Source: Barthelona sp. PCE
Taxonomy: Eukaryota
DNA length: 64,000 nucleotides
NCBI GenBank assembly: GCA_040285745.1
Contig: JAUFOR010000005.1
Location: 1 to 64,000, forward strand
Direction: 5' to 3'
In this document: in pieces, positions 1-10,252 of the stretch
How the letters are laid out: every line of letters starts with the position of its first letter
Position numbering within the stretch: the stretch's first letter is position 1
Notes under the pieces: model-generated
Told to the model about the DNA's origin: nothing
The model's database searches: none
The model's input: the letters and a program-made list of their open reading frames with translations, nothing else
Program-made: the position numbers and the translations under genes

Positions 1-559
1 GATTTCTCGCCAATTATTCATTTTCTCCCTAATATAATTCATTAGCGCCTAATAAAAAAATTCGCTTGTGCTCACTTTAAGCGAATTACTAATAAAAATA
101 TTAGTGAATTCCAAAAGTTGCGCATCACAAAAAAATCTTAACAATAGTGATGCGAACTCAAAAAGTTCACTAACACAAATATTAGTAAATACTATATTCC
201 ACGCGAATATCTAAAAGAATTGCTAATATATTATATTAGCGAAATCAGAATAAGGTCCATTCCTGATAAAATTATATATTTCAGTTTGTAAATTTACTAC
301 AACACTTGAACATCCAAATACAACTTTATATAAAAAGAAAAGAAAAATATTTTTTGCAAAAGTAATGATTTATTTTAATAGTACTAAAATTTTAGTCACC
401 TCATGTAAAATTTGGTAATATATGCAGTGGAGGATAGATTAAAGGTGTCAATTATTTACTTTAGTTTATACTTTTCATTCGTAGATTTTTGAGCATTTTA
501 GTGATAAATAGTTTAATAGATTATATATGTCATGTTAAATTTCTGTATCAGTAACATAC

Positions 560-633
560 GTTCCTGTAGTTTAGTGGTTTATAACGTCCGCCTCACACGC
601 GGAAGGTCGCAGGTTCGATCCCTGCTAGGAACA
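560..633 (+). tRNA. tRNA-Val(CAC)
   Basis: Cloverleaf: acceptor GTTCCTG/TAGGAAC, D-loop with TGG, anticodon stem TCCGC/GCGGA with loop CT-CAC-AC (594-596), T-arm GCAGG-TTCGATC-CCTGC; no encoded CCA. Confidence 0.96.
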
Positions 634-636
634 TCC

Positions 637-642
637 TTTTTT
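637..642 (+). terminator. RNA Pol III oligo-T terminator of tRNA-Val
   Basis: T6 run starting 4 nt after the discriminator base. Confidence 0.8.
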
Positions 643-731
643 ATTGCTAATTTTTAAACTTTACTTAGTGTTGCCCCTGGCTGTCTGTTGATGTCTAGTG
701 AGAGTAAAGAAGACGAGAAAGAGGTGGAAAA

Positions 732-1122
732 CGTACATTTCGGATTTCTCTTTTTTACTATTTTTTATGGGGTGGGAACTCAATTACCCGACCTCGAGCT
801 TAGGAACTTATTCACGCCATCCAACTAGATATCTGTCAGTAAACATGCATGTATCCGAGAGAACTCAGCCCCTGTGAAGTCATGTTGAATGATGGAAGCA
901 TGTGGTTGACGGAACTCATGGCAGAGTGAATCTGTGACTCATGAATGTGCTGTCCGAATTACGCCCTTTATCGTACATTCCGGATTTCTCTTTTTTACTA
1001 TTTTTTATGGGGTGGGAACTCAATTACCCGACCTCGAGCTTAGGAACTTATTCACGCCATCCAACTAGATATCTGTCAGTAAACATGCATGTATCCGAGA
1101 GAACTCAGCCCCTGTGAAGTCA
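732..1122. repeat. Two 151-bp direct repeats (732-882, 972-1122) separated by an 89-bp spacer
   Basis: Period 240 bp; the copies differ only at 740 (t) versus 980 (c). Confidence 0.95.
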
Positions 1123-1378
1123 ATATTCTGGAATAATAAAATTCGTCTTATTTGAAGTCTCTAAAACAGTTTAATTCTCTCTAAACCATCAATTTTGTGC
1201 TGTAACAAATTGAAACTATATATCTTTACTCGTTTTCATTTTTTTATAACCTTTTAAGCGTTCTTCTTTTATTATTGTCATTTCAGTCGCATCTTCTTCG
1301 GACGTATTCACATCTCCCACCCAAATTGCACCAACTGCACCAATCTTTGCAGAGGAGCCAATAGTATCCACCTTGAAG

Positions 1379-2500
1379 ATGCCCACAGCACCTACAGTAC
1401 TCCAAAATTCAACAATTCACGTCGATGAGAATGTTCAAATTAGCCCAATCACAATGTTTTTTGCCTTTATTCGAATTAGTATTGCAACCTTTGTTAAGAA
1501 GGTTTTCAGTCCACAAACTATTCTTCTAATCTTTGACTTTATCGTTGTAATTGCTCAATTATTGTCAATAGTTCAATATAACAAACTTTTTTTCTTTGTT
1601 GTTTTGCATTTTTCATTAATTTATTCAATGAGATACATTTTTTTTAAAGGAAAGTACAACACGGCACGCAAAATATGTATCCTTATAACTGGTTTGTTTG
1701 CATTTTTTACGATGTGTGGATTTTTTTGTTACATTAACAGATTAGTTAACATTTCCTCTTCAGTTTACAATAACACTAATACACTAAACTATTATGACTG
1801 TATAAACTGGGATCCAACCGTGACCCATTTTGTCATATTAACGGGGTTCATTGAAGCTTTAATTTTTCTTGCTATCTGTGGTCAAATTTGTACATTTGCT
1901 GTGCTTATCAACATGTTGATGTTTTTATACCAATACACCATCGTACAGGAGATAAACAAGATATTGGTAAAACGTACTAAAGCGAATCCAATGAATAGAG
2001 AGCGCAGATACAAGCTTTCGTTTTTTTTGCATGTTTTTGCTATGTATCTCACAGAAGCATGCATAATATTTAACAAGGGCACTATTTCCTTAGCCCTGAA
2101 CATCATTCTTTTGATTATTTGGTTGTATACTTCTGTCATCATGGTTTCTGAATTGTTTAATAACATTGAAGTTGCGATTCACCATCCTATTGGTGATTTA
2201 TTTATATCTATACAGCTCATTTACACATCCTTATATCCTATCGGGTTTACAGGTAAGTTTCTATTAAGATTTTTAAATTTTGATAATTACTTTTTGAAAA
2301 CTGATGATTTAGATTTTACTATAGGTGTAATTTTTCAGAGTTACATCAGGTTTGGGGGTATTATCTTTATTTTGTTAGTTATATTTTGGATCATAACTGT
2401 TTTATTGAGATCTTTGAAGAAATGTGGTGAGCAATACCGCGCTTTTGTTGAACAACATTCAGCAAATGCTGCGAAGAAGAAAGTTAAGATGCCAGTGTAG
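1379..2500 (+). CDS. Multi-pass membrane protein, unknown function
   Basis: Long ORF with about 8-9 hydrophobic segments; first ATG at 1379; resembles 36128-37231. Confidence 0.75.
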   Translation: MPTAPTVLQNSTIHVDENVQISPITMFFAFIRISIATFVKKVFSPQTILLIFDFIVVIAQLLSIVQYNKLFFFVVLHFSLIYSMRYIFFKGKYNTARKICILITGLFAFFTMCGFFCYINRLVNISSSVYNNTNTLNYYDCINWDPTVTHFVILTGFIEALIFLAICGQICTFAVLINMLMFLYQYTIVQEINKILVKRTKANPMNRERRYKLSFFLHVFAMYLTEACIIFNKGTISLALNIILLIIWLYTSVIMVSELFNNIEVAIHHPIGDLFISIQLIYTSLYPIGFTGKFLLRFLNFDNYFLKTDDLDFTIGVIFQSYIRFGGIIFILLVIFWIITVLLRSLKKCGEQYRAFVEQHSANAAKKKVKMPV

Positions 2501-2819
2501 ATTGCGAAATGACACTAAAACAAACCCAATGTAAATAGTTCAAAAATTTAATTCCAAAGCTCAAGATGCTTTCTGATTACAGTGCTGCTGTGCTTCACAA
2601 GCTTTATCTAATGTTGTACGACTCACAATCAGAAGGTATCTGTAAGTTTCATCCATCGTAACAAGAAAATTTAAGCACTATGAGACTGAGTTTCAGTCTC
2701 ATCAATTTACGGTTAAATCAACTGAAATTGCATGATGAAGTGGATCTATGAATCATTGAAGCATACAATATAAAAAAAGGTGATGTCGCAATAAAAATGC
2801 AGTTGAAGAATAGGTTTAT

Positions 2820-3149
2820 TCATGAGAATGGCTCAACTAATACAAAACAATTGCTTATATCTGTAACCGTTATCATTCCTACTTCCCTGGAACGAGTATT
2901 TTCGATATAATTGATCAAATTAACCTCATGCTGCCTGGTAAAATCATCAAAAGGTTCAAAAACAACAGTGGGTTTCACATAGCAAATTTGATTGTTCAAA
3001 GGAAGAACAAACACAGTCTCGTCGGTACATTCATCAGAATATTCTGAAGCATAAACATAAGTGTTTATACGATTTCTATCTGCAAAGTCGAACTTTGGGA
3101 ATTTGTTTTTCCACTTCCTAAATCCACTATATACAATATACAAAATCAC
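2820..3149 (-). pseudogene. Possible degraded gene fragment
   Basis: Protein-like 109-codon stretch with no upstream ATG, bounded by stops; no recognisable family. Confidence 0.25.
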
Positions 3150-3754
3150 TTTTATGTCATATTGTAATAATTATACCAACTAATACTTCTTTAACATTCT
3201 TCGATACTTTTGAAGAACAACTGAAACAATTAGTGGAAGCAAAAAAAATTGCACAAGAAACTGCCGATTAAATTGACTTATTTGTTTCAGATTCCCCGAT
3301 ACATATGGATAAACTGAATATTGGGGATGCTTATAAGTAAACAAAACACAAAATTATGATGATCTTTCAAATTGTTCTTATCCCAGTTAACGAAAATATG
3401 GGAATTTTGTACGCTAATACACTGATCGCGAAGAGTGATGACATGGAGAAGTGAAAAATGGAGAAAAAATGGGAAAACAAAAATGATGAAAAAACTCAAT
3501 TCACTATTCAGCCTCAAGGCATTGTCGTGTTTTGGAACACCCAAGAAAGCTATTTATAAAGATCAGTGATGAACATAACCTATATTTTTTGTTTTATAAA
3601 CTTTTTTATCATTGTCCCAGCTTTCATATACCTTTCATGATTGTTTAAGAGCACTTTATCCTTAACTTCAATGTCATATAGCACAAAAGCTTTGGGAAAC
3701 TTGGTTTCTATTTTATTCCCTGCCTCGTTCAAGAATTAAGAATAATATATCAAC

Positions 3755-4207
3755 ATGAACTGTTACCAACTACTCTTCAGCATCTGTTGGTTCCCATTTG
3801 GACTGTTTATCGCACTAGAATACTATCTGTTTGGAATTCTATTCTTCTGCTCAGAAACAGTGAGAGAATCTTTTTTCGCCATTGCTCAACTGTGGATGTT
3901 TCCGCTTAACTCTGTTGTCTATCAAGTCAATGATAGACAACATAACAGCGGTATTGCTAAGTGGTTTAACATCTTGTTTTTACCATTTTCATTATTCTAT
4001 TGTATAGGTTGTCTTTTCTCTGGAATCGGCATGATCTTAACCATCGTGTTCATTCCATTTTGCTTAGTATTCTTTAGAATTGCTCCTATATTACTCTTCC
4101 CAATTGGAAAAAGATGCTGTTTTGTGTCTGAGATGAAACAATACTCCCAATACACCATGATTTACCATCCTGATGGCAAGGAAAATAACGTAGTCTTACC
4201 GGTTTAA
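3755..4207 (+). CDS. YccF-domain (DUF307) small membrane protein
   Basis: Two repeats resembling the YccF pattern, e.g. NILFLPF...GIGMILTIVFIPFCLVFFRIAPILLFPIGK. Confidence 0.7.
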   Translation: MNCYQLLFSICWFPFGLFIALEYYLFGILFFCSETVRESFFAIAQLWMFPLNSVVYQVNDRQHNSGIAKWFNILFLPFSLFYCIGCLFSGIGMILTIVFIPFCLVFFRIAPILLFPIGKRCCFVSEMKQYSQYTMIYHPDGKENNVVLPV

Positions 4208-4734
4208 TCGTTTGGTGCTAGACGTTAATTAATAAAGTGTTTTTAAAAAATTGGTTTTCAGGATACTATTTAAAAAATCATATTCAACACGTCTTTCACC
4301 GAGCCATGTGCATTTGCATTTATATACCAGTTAAGTTGCAGAAGAATGGAAATATTTGAAACAAAAAAACTCATATTTAACTTTTGCATATTGAAGGTCA
4401 TCGGGTTTGTTTGGAAGACGGTGCTGAGCACACAAAATCATAAACTACTTTAACGAAAGTGTACAAGCACAATCAAGCTTTGAATTATTTGACTCAAGTG
4501 ATATTGTATAACGAAGTAGAATATGAATTATAGAATTTTAACAGGTAACTAATATAAATTCTCTCCCTAGCATTTTGAAAAAAGAAAACCCTTACAGATT
4601 TCCACAACAAACGAAAACATTGATCATTGAAGAATACTTGTCTGCAAGTGTTAAAAACCCAAAATATGTTTTAAAAAAAGTAAAATAACCTTAGAAAAGA
4701 GTGAGAATAGTTTCTTCAGAAGAAAATGGTAATT

Positions 4735-5562
4735 TCACCATTCAGTTCCTAAAAAGGTTGAACACCTATCGTCTCCGTAAAGCAACCTAAGAACGGTTAA
4801 TTCACCATCATTGATACATACCTTCACATTAACAAGCATGTTGCATGATTTTTTCTCATCAACCACATGGATGATTGCACGAGGACCGAAATTGCTAAAA
4901 ATATCAAAATGTGCAGAATGTTGCGTTGATGAAAACATCGGCATGCGGCAAATTGTATTTGTGTCTGACAGACCGAATGGCATATTAGGAATAATTGCAA
5001 ATCCATTAATGTTATGCAAAACAATAAATGGATAAATATAATCGCTATACACACCAAAAACGATTCCTTCAAAGCACAAAAATCTTCTGAAGTGTGAATT
5101 ACTAACCTCGATGCTACGTAGTATCTTACCGTCATCTAAGCCGCGAAAAGCAATCATAGAGGCTTGTAATGGTGAGTGAAAAATGTAGTACCCGTTCAAA
5201 CAAATAGCCTCCTTTGGAGAATTCATCCGGTTGAACCATACATCAATTTGGTAGTCAATTACTTCAGCATTTCTTTCAAATATACTCACTAAATATAATT
5301 TACCACTAATGCCAAAGAAACATGTTGGGTTTTCTGAGTTCACAACTTCAATAGCAATATCTATATTTGTTTGAAAAGGAAGGTACACCATGTCTACTTT
5401 ACCATCACTGCCCAGCATCGGTATCATATACTTTTTTTGTTGCTCTGAAACTAGAACAGTAATTCTTGAAAGCTTGCACCAAAGTCTCACATCTGGGTAC
5501 TCAATGCACTCGTTTTGTGATATGTTTGCAATGTAAGCGGTGTTTACTGAATGCTTATGCAT
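4735..5562 (-). CDS. Hypothetical beta-rich protein; 5' end lies in repeat module A, start uncertain
   Basis: Long ORF; its MHKHSVNT segment is the reverse strand of module A. Confidence 0.55.
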   Translation of the reverse strand: MHKHSVNTAYIANISQNECIEYPDVRLWCKLSRITVLVSEQQKKYMIPMLGSDGKVDMVYLPFQTNIDIAIEVVNSENPTCFFGISGKLYLVSIFERNAEVIDYQIDVWFNRMNSPKEAICLNGYYIFHSPLQASMIAFRGLDDGKILRSIEVSNSHFRRFLCFEGIVFGVYSDYIYPFIVLHNINGFAIIPNMPFGLSDTNTICRMPMFSSTQHSAHFDIFSNFGPRAIIHVVDEKKSCNMLVNVKVCINDGELTVLRLLYGDDRCSTFLGTEW

Positions 5563-5866
5563 GTGCAATGAAGCACGTCCCAAAAGGCGGCTGCTTCGAG
5601 CCGTACCCACAACGCAGCAAAAAAGTGCCCCACAACCAAGCCAATGCCCACACGTGCCAACAATCTTACGTGTCACGCGCCGAGAGCCCTGCGAAACACA
5701 TCAATAAATCTGTGAGGGGATAGAATTGCGAATGCAGTTCTGTTTCACATTCTCGCTTTCTGTTTACGCTTCACGTGTATTATATCATCTATATATGCCA
5801 CGTGCAAGCAGTAATATTAATATATACATGCTATCTCAATTTTCACCTACTTCATCACGGCTATAT
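5536..5866 (+). repeat. Module A copy 1: conserved non-coding 5' module of the ~700-aa family
   Basis: Near-identical to 40458-40789 (+) and 12583-12846 (-); CpG/CACGTG-rich; hairpin CGGCT-GCTTCG-AGCCG at 5588-5603. Confidence 0.92.
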
Positions 5867-7963
5867 ATGCCTAGGGTTCGAAAGTTCGAGGATGACCTTG
5901 TCATGCAGGCTTATCCAGAGGGGCAGATGATATTTGAGGGCCAGGGCGTAAGATTGCTTAAGTCAAGAGAAAACACTGATATTATCCTCATTGAAAGTGT
6001 TATTGAAGGTAGGGACTTTGTTGGGTATGTGGAGGATACGTGTGAGACTCTCAAATATACTTCTAAATTGAAAGCTGGAACGGGTTATATGTGTATCCAG
6101 CATAATTATGACGATATGGAGCTTGAAGTTTTATTTTTCAGAGATTTTAAGAGTGATGAACATGATGTCAGAAGAGTTTCCATTCCAATTGAGAAAGAAA
6201 ATTTTTTCTCATCCAGTGTGATTCCAGTGGATGAAAATCATCTCCTTTATGCAATTTCTGAGAGATGTGGCAATCACAGGAACGAATGTGTGACACGCTG
6301 CTATCTTTCAAACGTATTGACTGGAGAAAATAGAAAAATTGGAGAATATGAGTGCCTGCCATTGACAAATTCAAATTTTATTATTCTGATTCATGACAGT
6401 GTACTGCATCACTATAATTTTTCTAAAGATGACATGAAAGAAGAGCATGATCCGGATATTGAGCGAATGAATGACGTTGGTCTACACTCCACCATTTGCT
6501 GTTATAACGCTGATTGTGTTTGTTTTGTTTCGTATAGTAACGGTTTAATTGAAGAAATGATTGTTTTTGATTGTCAAAGGAACCATTTGAGCTTGACTGA
6601 AAGATTTCCACAGCTGAAAAAGTTGAACATTGATGGAATAACTCATTTCAGCTTATTTTCATTAACTCAAGATTGTTTTTTTGTGATTTTTTTTTACGGT
6701 GGTTCAAAATGTAGTGTAGTACATATTGAGAATGGTCATTTGAATGTGTCAAATGGTGAGATACCTGTATATAATTTATACTGTAGTGATTGGGATCATC
6801 TAGATTTGACTGAGGCTTTTAATCATGAAAGTTACGTTTTTTATGGCACATCAAGTATAGGGGTATATGGTCCTATCAAATATAGAAGCCTTTCTAGTGA
6901 GATGTTAAGTTTAAGTACTCTTCAACCAAAGAAAATATTTTTTGATGGAGTTGCAAAATTTTGTAACAATGATCTAAAACATCAATATTTCCTTAATTTT
7001 AAAGAGAACAGAATCGATATATTCAGGAATACAGATTGTATCCATAACGTTCAGATACTATTCAACAAATTCTCAGATCAACTAAATGCTTTTTGTGTAA
7101 TTTCACCAGAGCCAGGTGGAGAGCAAGGCCCAAAAGTTGTTAACATACACTGGAAATGTTCAAAACCGAAACCTATTGTGTCTGAATTACCTTATGGTGG
7201 GAGTCATTTTGTAAGTATTGTTCTAGGGTTACCATTCAGTGTTGATCATGGTAACAATAACAGCTGTCTTGTCTTTTTGGGGGATACAGTGATCTTAGAG
7301 CTTCCACAAAATTCATACGTCAATGATATCTTTGGTACTATCACTGATAACTATTTGTGCATTTTCTGTACCGATTCTGTACATTTCTTTCAATTATTGA
7401 TTGGTGAATATGGTGTAGAAGTTCAAAAACACTTCATTTTAGATCATAACGGTGAAATTTCGTATGTTCAGTGTTGTGTGTATCCTACGGCAACTGATCA
7501 CCAGCTCTTTGTTTTGAATGTATATGGGGAAGGTGTTGAAACTCAGCATTTGCATTGTTTAGATTGGACGACGGGAAATTTCTTAAAACCCATTCTGCTT
7601 TATAGGAGTGGTTCAAATTTTGACCAAGCGACACATTTCAGGAATTTCATAGGAGACTCATGCTTGTTAGTGAACCAAGGTATCGTTAAAGTATTTATTG
7701 TTGATGAAACTATAACATCACGTTTTTTCGCAAATAGCCACTTAAGTTTGAAAAATTTGAATTTTAACTTGAATCTACCCAAAAACATTGTACAGGCAGT
7801 GATATATGAGGCAGAGGCCAGGACAATGATTTTAAAAACATATAACATTGAGGAAGACCCGGAATCGATGAATCCCACAGTGGAAACGTTCCACCTTCCA
7901 TCGTTCCTGGCAGAGGCGTCCATCGTTGAGTACCACATACCTGAACTGAACAACACAAGGTGA
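5867..7963 (+). CDS. Lineage-specific ~700-aa family protein, copy 1 (possibly beta-propeller-like)
   Basis: Starts MPRVRKFEDD, ends ...FHLPSFLAEASIVEYH like paralogs; start chosen because it is the ATG shared in-frame by all four copies; no signal peptide or TM evident. Confidence 0.85.
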   Translation: MPRVRKFEDDLVMQAYPEGQMIFEGQGVRLLKSRENTDIILIESVIEGRDFVGYVEDTCETLKYTSKLKAGTGYMCIQHNYDDMELEVLFFRDFKSDEHDVRRVSIPIEKENFFSSSVIPVDENHLLYAISERCGNHRNECVTRCYLSNVLTGENRKIGEYECLPLTNSNFIILIHDSVLHHYNFSKDDMKEEHDPDIERMNDVGLHSTICCYNADCVCFVSYSNGLIEEMIVFDCQRNHLSLTERFPQLKKLNIDGITHFSLFSLTQDCFFVIFFYGGSKCSVVHIENGHLNVSNGEIPVYNLYCSDWDHLDLTEAFNHESYVFYGTSSIGVYGPIKYRSLSSEMLSLSTLQPKKIFFDGVAKFCNNDLKHQYFLNFKENRIDIFRNTDCIHNVQILFNKFSDQLNAFCVISPEPGGEQGPKVVNIHWKCSKPKPIVSELPYGGSHFVSIVLGLPFSVDHGNNNSCLVFLGDTVILELPQNSYVNDIFGTITDNYLCIFCTDSVHFFQLLIGEYGVEVQKHFILDHNGEISYVQCCVYPTATDHQLFVLNVYGEGVETQHLHCLDWTTGNFLKPILLYRSGSNFDQATHFRNFIGDSCLLVNQGIVKVFIVDETITSRFFANSHLSLKNLNFNLNLPKNIVQAVIYEAEARTMILKTYNIEEDPESMNPTVETFHLPSFLAEASIVEYHIPELNNTR

Positions 7964-8150
7964 GTGTATCAGTTTTCTTGCAAAATTACACATTTTTTCT
8001 TCTTTTCTCTTAAATTTTTTAAATTTTACAAATACTAGTAAAGCATTTGGACATCATACAGATTATACAAGCAGTATTACAGGAATGGAAAATCCTTTTT
8101 TGTTTTTGTATTTACATATTTCATCTCTTTAAGAATTTCAGCGTTTAAAG

Positions 8151-10184
8151 ATGGTAGATCTTCCATATCTTGATTTTTCATGCCGAGAAAACTCGTATTC
8201 AGATCTGGAAACTTTTTTGTATTCTCTTAGTGATGATGTGGACCCAGAAGGTGTTGATGCCGCTCTAGAAGTATTTATGGACTACAATTATGATGAGGAA
8301 ACTATTAGAGATTATATGTATGAGATGATTTCTATATATAATGGCGGAGCAGAAGATTTTGAGGATGAAGGAGGAGAGGTTGATCCTTCTATTATCGCTG
8401 AATTTGAAAGCATCGATTTTTATAACGAAAACCGTGAAGAGCTGCTTGAACAGCTTTCATATTTTATGGAAGATTTTTGTACCACTGAGTGCTTGGATGG
8501 CATATTCTCAGAATTTGTTTCAGGTGATTTGGATCCAGGAGTCTTATATGATTTATGTTGGAATCTTGTGGTTAATCCACAATTGGATGATGAAGCAAAT
8601 TTTGAAGAAGAAGCTTTTGATTATGGTGGGGAGGAAGAAGAACCAGAGTTTTACTGGGAAGCAAAGGACTATGTTGAGCCTGAAGGACCTCCTTTTACTA
8701 AAGGAGGACCATGTCCAGGAGAGTACTCTGAGGAAGGTGCTCACCCTGTTGATTTTATTCCAATGCGTCCAAACTTTGGTGAAGAAGAGCAAAGTGCTCA
8801 TCCGATAGATTATTCAGGTGCACCTAAGCATCCGAATTTTGAAGAGGAAATAGAATTGGAGAATCCAGCGATTATTCAATCAGAATCAGTTCCAGTTATG
8901 TACAGTGAGTATTCTCCCATGCAAATTCCATACCCAGAGGATCGTATAGAGATAGAACGTTATTCTGATAAAGATTTTTGGAATAACCGTTATGCGGAGG
9001 GAGTTTTTAAATTAACAGAGAGAGGAAATTATTTAAATCTTCCGTTATTCCCAGAAAACGAAGATTGGGGTTTTAACTTGAAACCGTATAATGGTTTAGA
9101 GTATTGGATAAGTACTATCGTTGTATTAACTCGTTTTTATCCAGCTGCTATTAAGTATCTTTTTAGTGAGCTAGATCATGCAAAAGGATATTTTAAGTTG
9201 CGTTTCTTTGAACCAAATGGAGCTGAGTTGTTTGTTGAAACCGATGATCAATTTCTTTTTTCAGGTAATTACAAAACTGAAGATGGAAGTGTTACTTCCG
9301 ATAGTAGTATCTCAACAGATGATCGTTTCTATATTTATGGTAATGGCGTGAAAGCACGTTCAATATGGTTGTCAGTCTTAGACAAAGCAATTGCTACGCT
9401 TCACGGTGATTATTGCAAAATGGAAGGACACAGCAAAGATATTGGCTCATTATTTCAGTTTTTTACTGGATGTAAGTCTATTAGTATTCCTTTAGATGTT
9501 GAGGATGAAGAGCTTCCAAATTTCTTCAAGTTTTTCAAAGAAGGAGCAATGATGGTTCTGGAGACTCATCAGGAAGAGAATGGAAGAAGTTATCATCGTG
9601 GATTTGGTGTTATGGGTATGACAGAAGAAATCCTGCACTTATACAACCCCAACATTAAAATGAAGGTGGAAGATCCAGCAGTTACCCAACAACAACGAGA
9701 ACATTTCAAAGAAACATTAGGTAATAGTTTATATACCGTGGTTACACATGATTTTGCGTGGAAACTGTTCAAAACTGCTCATGTTTGTCTTTTCCATGGA
9801 TCAAACAATGGGTGTAACGTTACTGCTTATGGTTATCATCATCCTAGAAGAGATCATCTTCTTCAGTTTAGTGAATTAAACATGTATGAGCTTATTTTCG
9901 ATAATGATGAACCTCAAATTTTCCAATTTGCTGCAATGCGTCACTCTGATTTGCTCACACCTCCCTATGAAAAATCCAGTGTTTATTTGTTCGAACTTCC
10001 CGAAAATGATGTGCACAAACCCGTCACGGGTGAAGATGGCATTGATGTTTCTAATTCAATCCGTATAATCGATCCAAAGAAGTTTAAGTATATTCTGTGT
10101 GGAGCTGGTTATGTTAATGAGGGTATTACAGTTAGTGATTGGTCTGTCTCTTCTGCACGTAAGTTTTCTCTTAAACTTATCTAA
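8151..10184 (+). CDS. Calpain-like protein with acidic N-terminus, probably catalytically inactive
   Basis: CysPc-like motifs: FVETDDQF, IWLSVLDKAIATLHGDY..MEG, FQFFTG, LYNP; the GDCW motif reads LEYW. Confidence 0.75.
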   Translation: MVDLPYLDFSCRENSYSDLETFLYSLSDDVDPEGVDAALEVFMDYNYDEETIRDYMYEMISIYNGGAEDFEDEGGEVDPSIIAEFESIDFYNENREELLEQLSYFMEDFCTTECLDGIFSEFVSGDLDPGVLYDLCWNLVVNPQLDDEANFEEEAFDYGGEEEEPEFYWEAKDYVEPEGPPFTKGGPCPGEYSEEGAHPVDFIPMRPNFGEEEQSAHPIDYSGAPKHPNFEEEIELENPAIIQSESVPVMYSEYSPMQIPYPEDRIEIERYSDKDFWNNRYAEGVFKLTERGNYLNLPLFPENEDWGFNLKPYNGLEYWISTIVVLTRFYPAAIKYLFSELDHAKGYFKLRFFEPNGAELFVETDDQFLFSGNYKTEDGSVTSDSSISTDDRFYIYGNGVKARSIWLSVLDKAIATLHGDYCKMEGHSKDIGSLFQFFTGCKSISIPLDVEDEELPNFFKFFKEGAMMVLETHQEENGRSYHRGFGVMGMTEEILHLYNPNIKMKVEDPAVTQQQREHFKETLGNSLYTVVTHDFAWKLFKTAHVCLFHGSNNGCNVTAYGYHHPRRDHLLQFSELNMYELIFDNDEPQIFQFAAMRHSDLLTPPYEKSSVYLFELPENDVHKPVTGEDGIDVSNSIRIIDPKKFKYILCGAGYVNEGITVSDWSVSSARKFSLKLI

Positions 10185-10252
10185 TTTAGTGATTTTGAAC
10201 AGAGAATGGAATAGAACGTATGCGAGTGTATTTCAATTTCTCACCATTTTAA

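Noticed and set aside
836-845. Shared 10-mer (TGTTTACTGA, reverse strand) between the 151-bp repeat and the module A boundary
   Set aside because: Too short to distinguish from chance in AT-rich DNA
732-1122. CRISPR array, 5S rRNA or second tRNA
   Set aside because: Only two 151-bp units in a eukaryote with no cas genes; no 5S, T-loop or cloverleaf match; no TG...CA ends, PBS or PPT for a clear LTR element
2680-2702. 10-bp perfect hairpin ATGAGACTGA-GTT-TCAGTCTCAT
   Set aside because: Isolated, with no supporting context
5466-5723. Small + strand ORF in module A (also 40412-40630)
   Set aside because: No common start and the frame diverges near the end between copies; similarity is explained by the DNA repeat
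5726-5866. N-terminal extension MRMQFCFTF... of family ORFs
   Set aside because: Lies in module A; the equivalent upstream ATG in copy 4 (61609) is out of frame, so MPR is the shared start
7958-7966. AG/GTGAGT donor-like site at the stop of copy 1, suggesting fusion to the calpain-like gene
   Set aside because: Splicing to the TTTCAG at 8141 gives an immediate stop; site absent in paralogs
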